A DNA stretch of 64,000 bases. Source: Minisyncoccota bacterium. Its GTDB lineage: Bacteria; Patescibacteriota; Minisyncoccia; Phycocordibacterales; Phycocordibacteraceae. Shown in pieces: positions 30,622-40,599 of this stretch. Each line of letters starts with the position of its first letter. Within the stretch, counting starts at the first letter, position 1. The stretch is taken from the NCBI GenBank assembly GCA_041666305.1, contig JBAYHD010000002.1, forward strand, positions 64,684 to 128,683, read 5' to 3'. Both the position numbers and the translations under genes were made by a program. The notes beneath the pieces were generated by a model that saw nothing but the letters and a program-made list of their open reading frames with translations, searched no databases and had not been told where the DNA came from.

Positions 30622-31896
30622 TTATGAGCGTTCGCGCCACTTTTTTTCTTGCCGGACGAGCTTCACGACGTCGCTTTTTTTTGCGAGCAATGCCTCAACA
30701 ATGCGTTCAGTACGAACGGATTGTGAGCCCTTCACGAGAATAACGTCGCCTTCTCGAATGAGCTCTGCAAGCGCAGACGCGGCACTGCGAGAATTATCAA
30801 ATTGCATCACTTCGGCTCCATTTGACGCGATGGTGAAGGCACGTGCACGTATGCCAACGGTGACGATGACGTCGGCAGACGCCCCTGCAAGTACCGCAAT
30901 GCGTTCATGTTCCATGACCGAATAGCGGCCGAGTTCAAGCATATCGCCAAGAACGGCAATGCGGCGTTTCGCGTGCGGAAACATCTTTAGCGTATTCAAC
31001 GCTTCTTCAACTGCTGCAGGCGAAGCATTGTACGAATCATCAATGATGGTCGCTCCATTTCTACCAACAAGAAGTTTTCCTCTGCCCGATGGTGCTTCAT
31101 AGTTCTCCAGTGCGAGCAATGCTTCTTGCAATGGTATTTCAAAAGCGTTTGCAATAGCAATTGCAGCGGCTATCGGCGATACTTGCGTTGTGCCAACCGA
31201 TCCTTTAACGATGCACTGCCCGTGTTCGCCACGCACACTGACTGTTGTTTGCATACCCTCGACCTTGTCGTCGATTTCATAAAAATTGGTGTCACGCATG
31301 CGCACCGTTGCGTTCTCCGTATAACCATACGAAATAATGCGCGCCGGTGTGCGTATCGCGCTCTCAAGCGTGTACTCGTCATCGACGGGCACGATGAGCG
31401 GTGCGCCCGCCCTAAGTGCATGCGCCGGAGAAAATTCTTCTTCGCGCACCGCATCTGGTGACGGATATGCTTCCACGTGCACTGGGATCTCCGGCAATCG
31501 CGTCACCACGACCGCATCCGGCGTGGCGAATCGCAATATGCGCGCCAAATCACCCGGTTTGTCTGCACCGACTTCAAGCACGAGCATATTCGGATAGTGG
31601 TTCGGTAGGATCATGAGTGCGACCGCACTCCTCAATACCGACAACCATGCAAAGGGGTCGTTCCACGGGTTCCCCACGCCAAGTATGGTGAACGGCACGC
31701 CGAATTCGCTATTAAAACTCTTTTCGCTCTTCCGCACATAAAATCGCGTCGCAAGCGCAGCCGCTACGGCATCCTTCGTGGAAGTCTTCCCTACTGAGCC
31801 GGTGACCATAATAATGCGCGGCTGGTATCGGTGCAGCACGGATCGTGCGAAAAAGGCGAGGAAGAATACCGCTATGGCTTTCAGGATGTTTTTCAT
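30622..31896 (-). CDS. murF: UDP-MurNAc-tripeptide--D-Ala-D-Ala ligase
   Basis: VTGSVGKTSTK, NSEFGVP, DDSYNASP, LGDMLELG, VKGSQ. Confidence 0.93.
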   Translation of the reverse strand: MKNILKAIAVFFLAFFARSVLHRYQPRIIMVTGSVGKTSTKDAVAAALATRFYVRKSEKSFNSEFGVPFTILGVGNPWNDPFAWLSVLRSAVALMILPNHYPNMLVLEVGADKPGDLARILRFATPDAVVVTRLPEIPVHVEAYPSPDAVREEEFSPAHALRAGAPLIVPVDDEYTLESAIRTPARIISYGYTENATVRMRDTNFYEIDDKVEGMQTTVSVRGEHGQCIVKGSVGTTQVSPIAAAIAIANAFEIPLQEALLALENYEAPSGRGKLLVGRNGATIIDDSYNASPAAVEEALNTLKMFPHAKRRIAVLGDMLELGRYSVMEHERIAVLAGASADVIVTVGIRARAFTIASNGAEVMQFDNSRSAASALAELIREGDVILVKGSQSVRTERIVEALLAKKSDVVKLVRQEKKWRERS

Positions 31897-33650
31897 GGAG
31901 TGGTGGCTTGCGATGCGGTACTGGTACTCGTAGTAAAGCCGCGATCAGGGGGCACCGCGTAATAGTCTATGAGGAAATGGACAAGGTCAAGGAAGCTCGA
32001 GGAAAGCGTGTCGGAAGCGTAGGTAACGTGCTGGGGATCATTGGTATAGAGCAGAATGATAAAGCGCGGATTGTAGGACGGGAAGAATCCGACGAAAGAG
32101 TGGAAATAACGGTCGGTATAGTACCCGCCCTGACCGTTCGTGAGCTGGGCGGTTCCGGTCTTCGCCGCAACCGACATCGTGGGGATCATCGCTTTGCCGT
32201 TCTGGAGTTTTTCATCAACGACCGCCGTCATCATCTCGGTCGTCTCACGTGCGGCTGTTGCGGAAAATACCGGCGTCGTCTGACCCCAATCAATAGCGCG
32301 TTCAATGCCGGAATTCAGGCGCACGGCGCTTGCAAGATGTGGTTCCACCATCACTCCGCCGTTCGCTATCGCGCCCAGGGCACGGATCATTTGCAACGGC
32401 GTCACGGCAATGCCCTGTCCGTATGCCGCAGTATCGTAGCCGACCTGCTGGGGCTTCGTGAGGTTACTGAGCAAGGCGCCGCTTTCGTTCGGCAGATCAA
32501 TGCCGGTCTTCTGACCGAAGAGTTTGGTGAAATACGCCCGAAAATTATCCTGCCCCAACTGCGTCGCCACCCACGCGGCGCCGATGTTGAGCGATTGCAC
32601 GATGATCTGCTTCATAGGAATGACGCCGCGCGGTTTAAGATCCCAATTGCAGATCGTCGCCGTGTTGACCGTGATGCACCCAGTATCTTTGTACGTCGTT
32701 TGCGGCGTAATGACTCCCGCATCAAGCCCCGACGTCATAGTGAGCGGCTTCATGATGGAACCGAATTCGTGCACGTGCTCCACAAATGGATTCCCAAGGA
32801 TTGCAGGATCGACATTTTGCAGGACGTTCGCGTCGTAAGACGGATTGCTGGCAATAGCAAGGATAGCGCCCGTACGGGGATCCATGATGATCCCGCCTGA
32901 TTCTTTGCTGGCATATTTCTGGCTCACCTTCGCGAGGTCGTCTTCAAGATGCGTCTGCACCTCCGGTTCGATAGTCGTCACGATATCGCCCTCGCGCGCA
33001 TCTTTCGCCGCGACGAGCATATTGCCGACATTGGAAAAAAGCTCCGCGAAGAAATTCCTATACAGCGAATCCCCGGAACGCAGAAGGGTCTCATCATAGG
33101 TAGCCTCAAGCCCCGTCTGCCCCGCAAGCGTATCGCCCAAGCCATAAGACACGATGCCGATGGATTGCGCCGCAAGCGTTCTTCCCGGGTACTGCCGCCA
33201 ACGTTCCCGAAGCACCTGCACGCCGGTTATATTTTTATCCGAAAGGGACTGCCCTGCTTCTTCGGAAAGATGGTGCGCAACTTCAATGTACACCTGGTTC
33301 TTTTTTGCGGCCGCCGTAAGAAATGCGTCGCGCGAGATCGCATCGGGAGCGACGTTCGTTATGGCCGCATACGCGTTTTCAGGATTCCCAAGCGTTTGCG
33401 GATTTATGGCAACAAGGAATCCGGTGGAGAGCGTCGCCGCAGATATGAGCGTTTCGTCCTTTCGCGTAAAATAAATAGCGCCTCGATCAAAGAGACCGCC
33501 GCCGCCGGAAGCGAATTGTTTATCCGCTTTTTGCGCATACTCGTCCCCATGAATGATTTGTATAAAATAGAGGCGCACAATGATCATGAGCGCCACGAGT
33601 ATGACGAACGCGAGAACGAGGCGTATACGTGAGCGGAACTGCGCGCGCAT
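31893..33650 (-). CDS. ftsI: Class B penicillin-binding protein, FtsI-like
   Basis: GSIMK (SxxK), SLN (SxN), KTGTAQ; position in the dcw cluster. Confidence 0.88.
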   Translation of the reverse strand: MRAQFRSRIRLVLAFVILVALMIIVRLYFIQIIHGDEYAQKADKQFASGGGGLFDRGAIYFTRKDETLISAATLSTGFLVAINPQTLGNPENAYAAITNVAPDAISRDAFLTAAAKKNQVYIEVAHHLSEEAGQSLSDKNITGVQVLRERWRQYPGRTLAAQSIGIVSYGLGDTLAGQTGLEATYDETLLRSGDSLYRNFFAELFSNVGNMLVAAKDAREGDIVTTIEPEVQTHLEDDLAKVSQKYASKESGGIIMDPRTGAILAIASNPSYDANVLQNVDPAILGNPFVEHVHEFGSIMKPLTMTSGLDAGVITPQTTYKDTGCITVNTATICNWDLKPRGVIPMKQIIVQSLNIGAAWVATQLGQDNFRAYFTKLFGQKTGIDLPNESGALLSNLTKPQQVGYDTAAYGQGIAVTPLQMIRALGAIANGGVMVEPHLASAVRLNSGIERAIDWGQTTPVFSATAARETTEMMTAVVDEKLQNGKAMIPTMSVAAKTGTAQLTNGQGGYYTDRYFHSFVGFFPSYNPRFIILLYTNDPQHVTYASDTLSSSFLDLVHFLIDYYAVPPDRGFTTSTSTASQATTP

Positions 33651-33656
33651 GGCCCG

Positions 33657-33998
33657 TTACCGCAGCGCGGTCGCACTTTCCGCTCTGACAAATACTGTCG
33701 CGGTTGGTTTCGCGTATCCCTCTGCGACAAAATTTGTACCGGTCACTTGCGCGACGCCGGCGAGATATTGTCCTTCAAGCGTTGCCACGGCGGCCTCATC
33801 ATTCTTCACCGATTGTGAGAACTCCACTGTAAGAGCCGCGTAACTCATGACCACGGCGATAAGTCCGATATAGGTGACCAAAAGGACGCCGAATATGCCG
33901 TAGCACAGCGAGAGCGGGGAAAATGAAAGGGTCGGGCGCCTCTGCATATTCTGCTGGAGAGCCGAATTGCGCGCGGAGCGAGGAAGATCCATGTGCAT
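33657..33998 (-). CDS. FtsL-like bitopic membrane protein
   Basis: One TM helix plus short coiled coil between rsmH and ftsI; start uncertain. Confidence 0.6.
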   Translation of the reverse strand: MHMDLPRSARNSALQQNMQRRPTLSFSPLSLCYGIFGVLLVTYIGLIAVVMSYAALTVEFSQSVKNDEAAVATLEGQYLAGVAQVTGTNFVAEGYAKPTATVFVRAESATALR

Positions 33999-34005
33999 AG
34001 CAACG

Positions 34006-34959
34006 TTACGCGGCATATGAAAGTACGGTTTCCGCCGGTTTTGCGGTTTCTGCATGCGACAAAACGGCCGCACGTTCGAAAATGCGCAATTTCGCGCTTC
34101 GGGCGCGGCGATTACGGAGGACTTCCGCTCGCGATGGTACGATGGGCTTTTTTGTCACCGTTCCGAACCCCTCCTGCGCCGCATCACGCAGCATATTTTT
34201 TACGACGCGATCTTCAATGCTGTGGAATGAAATGATCGCGAGGCGGCCGCCTGCAGAAAGAGCGCCGAGCGCCGCCGTGAGCCCTTCGCGCAGTGCGCCA
34301 AGCTCGTCATTGACCGCGATGCGAAGCGCTTGGAACGTTTTCGTCGCCGGATTAATCTTGCGCGCACGGTACCACGCTGGCACGCCGGCTTCGACCGCGC
34401 GAACCAGTTGCCCGGTCGTCAGTATCCGCTCCTTTGCACGCGCAGTAACTATTGCCCGGGCGATGCCACGCGAGAAATGCTCCTCGCCGTACGTGAAGAT
34501 GAGGTCGGCGAGTGCCTCTTCGGAAAAACCGTTGACAATGTCAGCAGCCGTTTCGCCTCCTTCGCCATAGGTCATGAGAAGCGGTTCATCCTGCTGAAAA
34601 GAAAAGCCGCGCGGCGCCGCGATTTGATACCCGCTCCACCCGAGATCAAAGAGGATCTTGCCGACGGGAGCGATATTGAGACGCTCTAAAATGCGCGCGA
34701 GATTGCGGAAGTTATCATTCACCAAATGCGCGACCGGCCGTCCGGGCCGACGATCAAGCGCATAGGCTTCGCGTCCGCGCTCCACCGCCGCGGGATCCGC
34801 GTCGATACCCACGATGACACCGCCTTCTCCGAGCTGTAGAAGTAAAGCGGCGAAGTGCCCTCCGCCGCCGATGGTCGCATCAACGACCGTGTCGCTTGAT
34901 TGCACATCGAGCGCTTCAAGCACTTCTTTCATCAACACGCTTTCATGCAGTGTTTCCAT
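34006..34959 (-). CDS. rsmH: 16S rRNA m4C1402 methyltransferase
   Basis: HESVL, DATIGGGGH, DLGWS, FQALRIAVNDEL, SFHSIEDR, ARSAKLR. Confidence 0.96.
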   Translation of the reverse strand: METLHESVLMKEVLEALDVQSSDTVVDATIGGGGHFAALLLQLGEGGVIVGIDADPAAVERGREAYALDRRPGRPVAHLVNDNFRNLARILERLNIAPVGKILFDLGWSGYQIAAPRGFSFQQDEPLLMTYGEGGETAADIVNGFSEEALADLIFTYGEEHFSRGIARAIVTARAKERILTTGQLVRAVEAGVPAWYRARKINPATKTFQALRIAVNDELGALREGLTAALGALSAGGRLAIISFHSIEDRVVKNMLRDAAQEGFGTVTKKPIVPSRAEVLRNRRARSAKLRIFERAAVLSHAETAKPAETVLSYAA

Positions 34960-34960
34960 A

Positions 34961-35389
34961 TCAGTTTTTATTGCCGACTTTTTCGGCAAAAGCATCGGCA
35001 TCGCGCTCGATCGCCTTCGTGTATTTCTTCCACGAATCTTCTTGCCAAATTTCGACTCGGTCGGCGACGCCTGCAATAACCGCTTTCTCTTTGATCGAGG
35101 CAAAAGACTTCAAGTGTTCGGGAATGAGTACGCGACCGGAACGATCGACCTCAGCTTCGGATGAGCCCGCAAGGAAAAGACGTGCGAGACCGCGGCGCGC
35201 GGCATTTCCGCTTGCTTCAGCCGCATAGGCGCGCGCCTCTTTCTCCCACGCTTTGCGCGAATACACATACAGACAATGATCAAGGCCGCGCGTCACCACG
35301 ACGACACGGCCCAAATCCTTCCGGAATTTCGACGGAATCGAAATCCGATTTTTAGAATCGAATATGTGTAGGTATTCTCCGAGGAACAT
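34961..35389 (-). CDS. mraZ: Transcriptional regulator MraZ
   Basis: MFLGEY, DSKNRISIPSKFR, DRSGRVLIP, VEIW. Confidence 0.96.
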   Translation of the reverse strand: MFLGEYLHIFDSKNRISIPSKFRKDLGRVVVVTRGLDHCLYVYSRKAWEKEARAYAAEASGNAARRGLARLFLAGSSEAEVDRSGRVLIPEHLKSFASIKEKAVIAGVADRVEIWQEDSWKKYTKAIERDADAFAEKVGNKN

Positions 35390-35421
35390 AGCAAAATGTG
35401 GTTGGCTGAGAAGGAAACAGG

Positions 35422-35487
35422 CCACCACTCCCGTTTCCCACTCGACTCAACCATCAGTGGATTATATCCCACTCCTCCCCACTCCCC
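35422..35487 (-). promoter_or_regulatory. mraZ promoter with GTGG(G) MraZ-type boxes
   Basis: Minus-strand GTGGG at 35482, 35472 and 35441, GTGG at 35428, around TATAAT (35461-66); MraZ autoregulation via GTGG repeats is established. Confidence 0.7.
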
Positions 35488-35497
35488 TAATCGAAGG

Positions 35498-35506
35498 TTA
35501 TCCACA
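35498..35506 (+). promoter_or_regulatory. Consensus DnaA box upstream of the dcw cluster
   Basis: TTATCCACA; another at 15133-15141. Confidence 0.4.
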
Positions 35507-35568
35507 GGTCAGACAGAAACGAATAAACCGGCGCGGCTCACGCCGCGCCGGAATGACTCGTTTGCTTG

Positions 35569-37020
35569 CTATCGCGGGCGCAGGAGGGGGAAGATCTGTC
35601 CTTCGCGCACGGAAACGCCTTCGAGGAAGCTGAAAAGCCGCTCGGAGACGCCGAAGCCGAAAGCCGGCGGCATGCCGTATTCAAGCGCTTCCACGAACTC
35701 GGCGTCCGGCATTTGCGCTTCTTCATCGCCCGCCTCGCGCAACTGCTGCTGACGCTTGAATCGTTCCTCCTGATCTACTGGGTCGTTCAATTCACTGAAA
35801 CCCTTTCCTATTTCCGAACCGGCGATCATCACTTGAAAACGCTCCACGACGCGCGGATCTTTTATACTTTTCTTTGCAAGCGGCTCCATGTAGACCGGCA
35901 CATTGATAAGGAATCCGGGACCTGCCAATGTTTTTCGGATCTGTTTCCACGCAATATCGACGAGCCGTTCGATGCTCGCGCCTTTTTCAAACGGAATATC
36001 TTTTTCCGCGAGTATCGATGCCCAATCGGCTCCTTCATCGAGCGGATCAAGGCCGTATGCTTCTTGCATCAATGCGCAGAAGTCGTAGGTTTGCCATTCT
36101 TTGCCTAAGTCAACGTCGAGACCTTTTATTGAGAACACTTGCGTGCCGTACACTTTGTCGGCAATAGTGCGATACAGATCGGTGACCATTTCCATTCCGG
36201 CTTCATAGTCCTTGAACGCTTCATAAAATTCCACCTGCGTGTAGTCCTGCGCGTGTTCCGCCGACATGCCTTCGTTGCGGAAGATGCGGCCTATCTCAAA
36301 TGTCTTCGGCAGGCCGGCGATGAGCAGTCTTTTCTGCCAAAGTTCTCCCGCGGAGATGCGCAGATACACGTCCATATCAAGCGCATTGTGATGCGTCACG
36401 AACGGACGCGCCTCGGCGCCGCCGGTCGTCGTCTCGAGCACTGGTGTTTCCACTTCCACGAAGTCTCGTTCCAAAAGGTACGAACGGATGACATTCCAAA
36501 AACGAGAGCGCCGTTTGATGCGTTCAGCGAGATCTTTGGTGAGCAAAATATCCAGATAGCGCTTCCGAAATCGTTCGTCTTCATCTTTAATGCCGAACCA
36601 CTCATCCGGCAAAGGGCGGAGCGACTTTGCAAGCATGCGCCAGCCTGTCACATCCAGAGAAGGCATGCCGCGTTTCGTCGTGAACGCGAGACCGGAGAAT
36701 TCAATGATGTCGCCGGTGTCAACCGTGCCGACGAATAGGTCGTATGCTGCTTCGCCGAGCTTTTCGCGTTGTACGAAACACTGCCCTTTCGTCCCGTCAA
36801 AAATATCGGCGAACAAGGAACCTCCGTGCTCTCGAAGCGAGATGACACGCCCTGCGAGCGCTACTTGCTCGCTATTTTTCTCCAGCGTTCCGTGATTCTC
36901 AAGAAAATCATCAACGGTATGCGTCCGACCGGTCTGAGCCGGATAGGCGTCCATGCCGGCCTCAGCGAGGCGCGCGATTTTCGCCAGCCGTTCCGCCCGC
37001 ACCGTTTCAAGCAAAGCCAT
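35569..37020 (-). CDS. lysS: Lysine--tRNA ligase (class II)
   Basis: RKRYLD, GGAEARPFVTHHNALD, FRNEG, ELNDP, YGMPP. Confidence 0.97.
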   Translation of the reverse strand: MALLETVRAERLAKIARLAEAGMDAYPAQTGRTHTVDDFLENHGTLEKNSEQVALAGRVISLREHGGSLFADIFDGTKGQCFVQREKLGEAAYDLFVGTVDTGDIIEFSGLAFTTKRGMPSLDVTGWRMLAKSLRPLPDEWFGIKDEDERFRKRYLDILLTKDLAERIKRRSRFWNVIRSYLLERDFVEVETPVLETTTGGAEARPFVTHHNALDMDVYLRISAGELWQKRLLIAGLPKTFEIGRIFRNEGMSAEHAQDYTQVEFYEAFKDYEAGMEMVTDLYRTIADKVYGTQVFSIKGLDVDLGKEWQTYDFCALMQEAYGLDPLDEGADWASILAEKDIPFEKGASIERLVDIAWKQIRKTLAGPGFLINVPVYMEPLAKKSIKDPRVVERFQVMIAGSEIGKGFSELNDPVDQEERFKRQQQLREAGDEEAQMPDAEFVEALEYGMPPAFGFGVSERLFSFLEGVSVREGQIFPLLRPR

Positions 37021-37045
37021 ACGCACTACTATACCACCCGTTCCG

Positions 37046-37519
37046 CTATGCTACTTTCTCGATAGTATAGGTCTGCTTCCCTGCCGGAGTTTCGAACGTA
37101 AAGACGTCGCCCTTCTTCTTTCCCATGAGCGCGGCACCGAGCGGAGACACGTGTGAGAGCTTTTTAATGCGCATATCGGCTTCCTCGCTTCCGACGATGG
37201 TGTATTCGTGCACTTCGTCGCTGCCGTCTCTTTTTATGGACACTTTTGAATTGAATCCGACTTCGCTCTTCTTCTTGCCGTCGGTGTGTATCTTCGTGTA
37301 CTTCACGAGTTCCTCGAGTTTCTTGATGCGCTCTTCAGTGGCCGCCTGCAGATCGCGCGCTTCTTGGTACTCGGCATTTTCCGAGAGGTCGCCGAGCGAA
37401 CGAGCGTACTCGAGATTCTTGGCAATCTCGGTTCGACGCACGGTCTTCAAATTTTCAAGCTCTTTTATCATTTCATCGAACTTCTCCTGCGAGACGACGA
37501 TATCTTGTGCATCAATCAT
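37046..37519 (-). CDS. greA: Transcription elongation factor GreA
   Basis: GDLSENAEY, SPLGAALMGK. Confidence 0.96.
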   Translation of the reverse strand: MIDAQDIVVSQEKFDEMIKELENLKTVRRTEIAKNLEYARSLGDLSENAEYQEARDLQAATEERIKKLEELVKYTKIHTDGKKKSEVGFNSKVSIKRDGSDEVHEYTIVGSEEADMRIKKLSHVSPLGAALMGKKKGDVFTFETPAGKQTYTIEKVA

Positions 37520-37770
37520 GGTAGTGCGCGCATTGTACTTGCCCCGTACCAACTTGCAAGTTTTTGGACGAACCTCCACCTGCAAATATCCTTATCTGCA
37601 TCCGGTCGGAAATAATAAGAACATTTGGGAAAGTTGGTTCTGGTGCTTGAGTCGCGCCAGAGCGCAACTACTACCAAGCGAGCCGAGTAACGAGTGTATT
37701 CTTATACATTCGTTCGAGGCAAGCGTAGGGAGGAAGCTTTGTCCTCAAAGCTTATTGCGCAAGCGCAAAT

Positions 37771-37822
37771 TTGGCGGAGAGACAAAAACCTCCATATATG
37801 GAGGTTTTTGTCTCTCCGCCAA
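37771..37822. repeat. Perfect 52-bp palindrome (REP-like) downstream of mrdA
   Basis: ttggcggagagacaaaaacctccata|tatggaggtttttgtctctccgccaa. Confidence 0.85.
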
Positions 37823-37823
37823 G

Positions 37824-39509
37824 TTAATTTGTGATTGTGGCGGTGCCTCCGATGTACGGGGAATTCGCGATATACAACGAATCAAAAAAATCCCGCATGA
37901 CGTTCACCGCCTGCTCGCCGGCGCCCTCCGGTCCCCTCTCAAGCACGACTGCAAACGCATACCGCGGATGCTCGTACGGAAAGAATCCGACGACCCATGA
38001 ATTGTCATATTGATTGCGCGTGCCCGTCTGCGCGGTGCCGGTTTTCGCGGCAACGTTTATATACGGCAGATTAATGGCGCTTGCGAGAGCGCCCGTGACG
38101 CTCTGCCGCATACCGGAGCGCACCACGGCGAGCGCGCTCGGATTTGCAGGAACAAGCGTAAAACTGGAAGTTTGGTTCGCAAGCAAAGTCGGCGTAAGTA
38201 ATTTTCCGCCATTCGCCACTGCCGCGATGGCACACACCATCTGTATTGGCGTCACCTGCACTGAGTATTGTCCTATTGCGGTGAAATACGTGTCGCCGAG
38301 ATACCACGGTTCATTAAAAGTCTCTTTCTTCCATGCTGGCGTCGGGATGAGGCCGCTCGCCTCTCCGGAAAGAGTAATACCGGTCGGACTGCCGAGTCCG
38401 AACTGTCGATACCAATACTCAAGTCGGTCAATGCCGAGCCCCTTTTGGCTTTTGAACCCGCCGCCGACCGTATAGAAAAAGATGTCGGACGACCATGCGA
38501 TGGCTTTCTTCACATCCACCGGGCCGAGCGCACGCCACCCTTTATAAATAAATTCCTTGCCGGGATGATACGGGTCCGGAATGGAGATAAAACCGAGATC
38601 ATCGATGATGGTGTCTGGCGTGATGATGCCGTCAGTGAGTGCCCCAGAGGCTACGAGCGGCTTCACAATGGAGCCCGGTGCATAGACTCCTTGAATAGCG
38701 TGATCAAGGAATGGGCGCCCCGGATTCGCATTATACGCATCAATGATGCTCGCCGGCCCGCCGTTGCTCATCACGTTCGGATCGTAGCTCGGATAGGATG
38801 AAATGGCGCGCACAGCCCCGGAATCGACATCCAAAATAACGCCGGCCCCGGCGATAAAGCGATGGTCGCTCGCCACATTTGCGATGGCGCGCGAAAATAG
38901 TTCTTGCAGATTCGCGTCAATGGATAATTGAAGCGTGCTGCCGCTCTCCGCAGGCACGACGAGCCCTTCGGAACGAACTCTGCCAAGCGCATCGGTTTCG
39001 GTCAAAAGCTGTCCGTTTGTACCCGTGAGAAGCGTGTCGTACTCGGCTTCAAGGCCGCTGACGCCGGTCTCACTGGTGTCGTAATAGATACCGTTACTAT
39101 CTTTTTTCGGATATGAAACGTATCCGATGATCTGGCTCAAAGACGGGAGCGGGTAATTGCGCAAAATGCTTCCGTCTTCTTTCTCGGCGTTCTCTGCAAC
39201 CACGACACCATTGATATCCGTAATAATGCCGCGCAGTGCAAAGAGCGTTCTCACTTCAAGACTGTTATGCGCACTCTCCGCGGCATACTCGGAACCGTTC
39301 GCGACCTGCAGATCCCATGAGCGAGAAATGAGCACAACGAACAGCAGGCCGAGCATCGCGGCAAGATACAAAAACGTTCCGTGCGAAAGAGGTTTTTCGA
39401 GCCGGCCCTCAAAACGCGCGCGGTCGAACGCCGGGGCGTTGCTAGCATCAAGAAATATTTCATCGGGAGCTATTTCCGGATCCTGCCGTCTTGCGCGCTT
39501 CCAGTTCAT
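37824..39509 (-). CDS. mrdA: Penicillin-binding protein 2
   Basis: PGSIVKP (SxxK), SSDIFFY (SxD), KTGTAQ; follows mreBCD. Confidence 0.9.
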   Translation of the reverse strand: MNWKRARRQDPEIAPDEIFLDASNAPAFDRARFEGRLEKPLSHGTFLYLAAMLGLLFVVLISRSWDLQVANGSEYAAESAHNSLEVRTLFALRGIITDINGVVVAENAEKEDGSILRNYPLPSLSQIIGYVSYPKKDSNGIYYDTSETGVSGLEAEYDTLLTGTNGQLLTETDALGRVRSEGLVVPAESGSTLQLSIDANLQELFSRAIANVASDHRFIAGAGVILDVDSGAVRAISSYPSYDPNVMSNGGPASIIDAYNANPGRPFLDHAIQGVYAPGSIVKPLVASGALTDGIITPDTIIDDLGFISIPDPYHPGKEFIYKGWRALGPVDVKKAIAWSSDIFFYTVGGGFKSQKGLGIDRLEYWYRQFGLGSPTGITLSGEASGLIPTPAWKKETFNEPWYLGDTYFTAIGQYSVQVTPIQMVCAIAAVANGGKLLTPTLLANQTSSFTLVPANPSALAVVRSGMRQSVTGALASAINLPYINVAAKTGTAQTGTRNQYDNSWVVGFFPYEHPRYAFAVVLERGPEGAGEQAVNVMRDFFDSLYIANSPYIGGTATITN

Positions 39510-39763
39510 CTCCCGATGATACTCGCCGAAAGCCGACTGCGCACGAAAACGGCGATAATCGACAACACGAGTCCATACAGCGTGAAGACCGGCAGCGTTC
39601 CCGCCTGCGGCGCCCAGTAGAGCGTATCGGCAAATACGCCGGCGGCAAAAGGCACCAAAGGCTCGAAGAACGACGTGGCGACCGCAAGCAAAACCGACAA
39701 CGGCCACGGGAAAAGCAGTACCGAAATGAACGTCGTGATGGTAAGTATGCCGTTTCGTATCAT
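39506..39763 (-). CDS. Small MreD-like membrane protein
   Basis: Hydrophobic 85 aa with GVFAD, overlapping the mreC stop and mrdA start. Confidence 0.6.
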   Translation of the reverse strand: MIRNGILTITTFISVLLFPWPLSVLLAVATSFFEPLVPFAAGVFADTLYWAPQAGTLPVFTLYGLVLSIIAVFVRSRLSASIIGR

Positions 39764-40599
39764 AGCGTTGAGGTCGCGAGGGAGAAGGCGCTGCGAAACG
39801 AAGCGCCGGTATCGCGCAATAGAACCCATGTAAGCGAGGACGGATTCATCGTCGGCATGATGCGAAGCGTAATACCCGGTGCAGACGGATCACTGTCAAT
39901 GCGCACGACCGTACCGATCGGCAACATGCCGGGCCCCGGAGCAAAGACCGTGTCTCCGACGGTAACCCCTGCGGAGCGCGACAATGACGCGCTCATTGCG
40001 CCCCCTCCCGCGCCAAAAATGTTAAGCGGCATATCCGCACTTTTCACCCAGCCGTGCGTCACGGTGCCGAATGAAGAAAAGAGCGTCGCACGAGAATACT
40101 CTGCCGTGACCGACGTGACGGCGCCGAGCGGCACACCGCCTTCACCGAAGACTTCCTGACCGAGCATAACGCCGGAACTTGAGCCGACGGAAAGTACGAT
40201 AGTGTCGTACGGACTCACGGGCGGATGCGCCACAACACCGGCGAGGATTCCGGGGTTTGCGGTTTTTTGCGAAGCCGAGGCGCCGATGAGCGCATTCACG
40301 CTTGCTTCCTTTTGCAGAAGTGCTTGATTCTCGCTCGCAAGCGCGCTGTTCTCTTCCGTCAGCCGTTCATTCCTCGCGGCAAGCGCCGCTACGTCGCTAA
40401 AACTATTGAAAAATGTGTGGCTCTTCAGGGCGATGACATTTGAAACGCTGAATGCCGGAGCGAACGCCTGCAAAAAAAAGTTCGGCGCAACGAGCCGCAC
40501 AAGAAGCACAAGCGCGGCGAATACGAGCGCACCAGTGCCCCACGAGATGCTCGCGGACGATAAGAGCGCGTTACGCTTCGCTAAGAATGTCTTCTTCAT
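39760..40599 (-). CDS. mreC: Rod shape-determining protein MreC
   Basis: TM, coiled coil (NERLTEENSAL), PPVSPYDTIVLSVGSSSGV beta domain. Confidence 0.88.
   Translation of the reverse strand: MKKTFLAKRNALLSSASISWGTGALVFAALVLLVRLVAPNFFLQAFAPAFSVSNVIALKSHTFFNSFSDVAALAARNERLTEENSALASENQALLQKEASVNALIGASASQKTANPGILAGVVAHPPVSPYDTIVLSVGSSSGVMLGQEVFGEGGVPLGAVTSVTAEYSRATLFSSFGTVTHGWVKSADMPLNIFGAGGGAMSASLSRSAGVTVGDTVFAPGPGMLPIGTVVRIDSDPSAPGITLRIMPTMNPSSLTWVLLRDTGASFRSAFSLATSTL

Noticed and set aside
31845-32900. 351-aa + strand ORF, and similar long ORFs at 12432-13175, 37125-38000 and 47114-48199
   Set aside because: Antisense shadows of well-supported genes (ftsI, DEAD helicase, greA/mrdA, mreB) with no recognisable motifs
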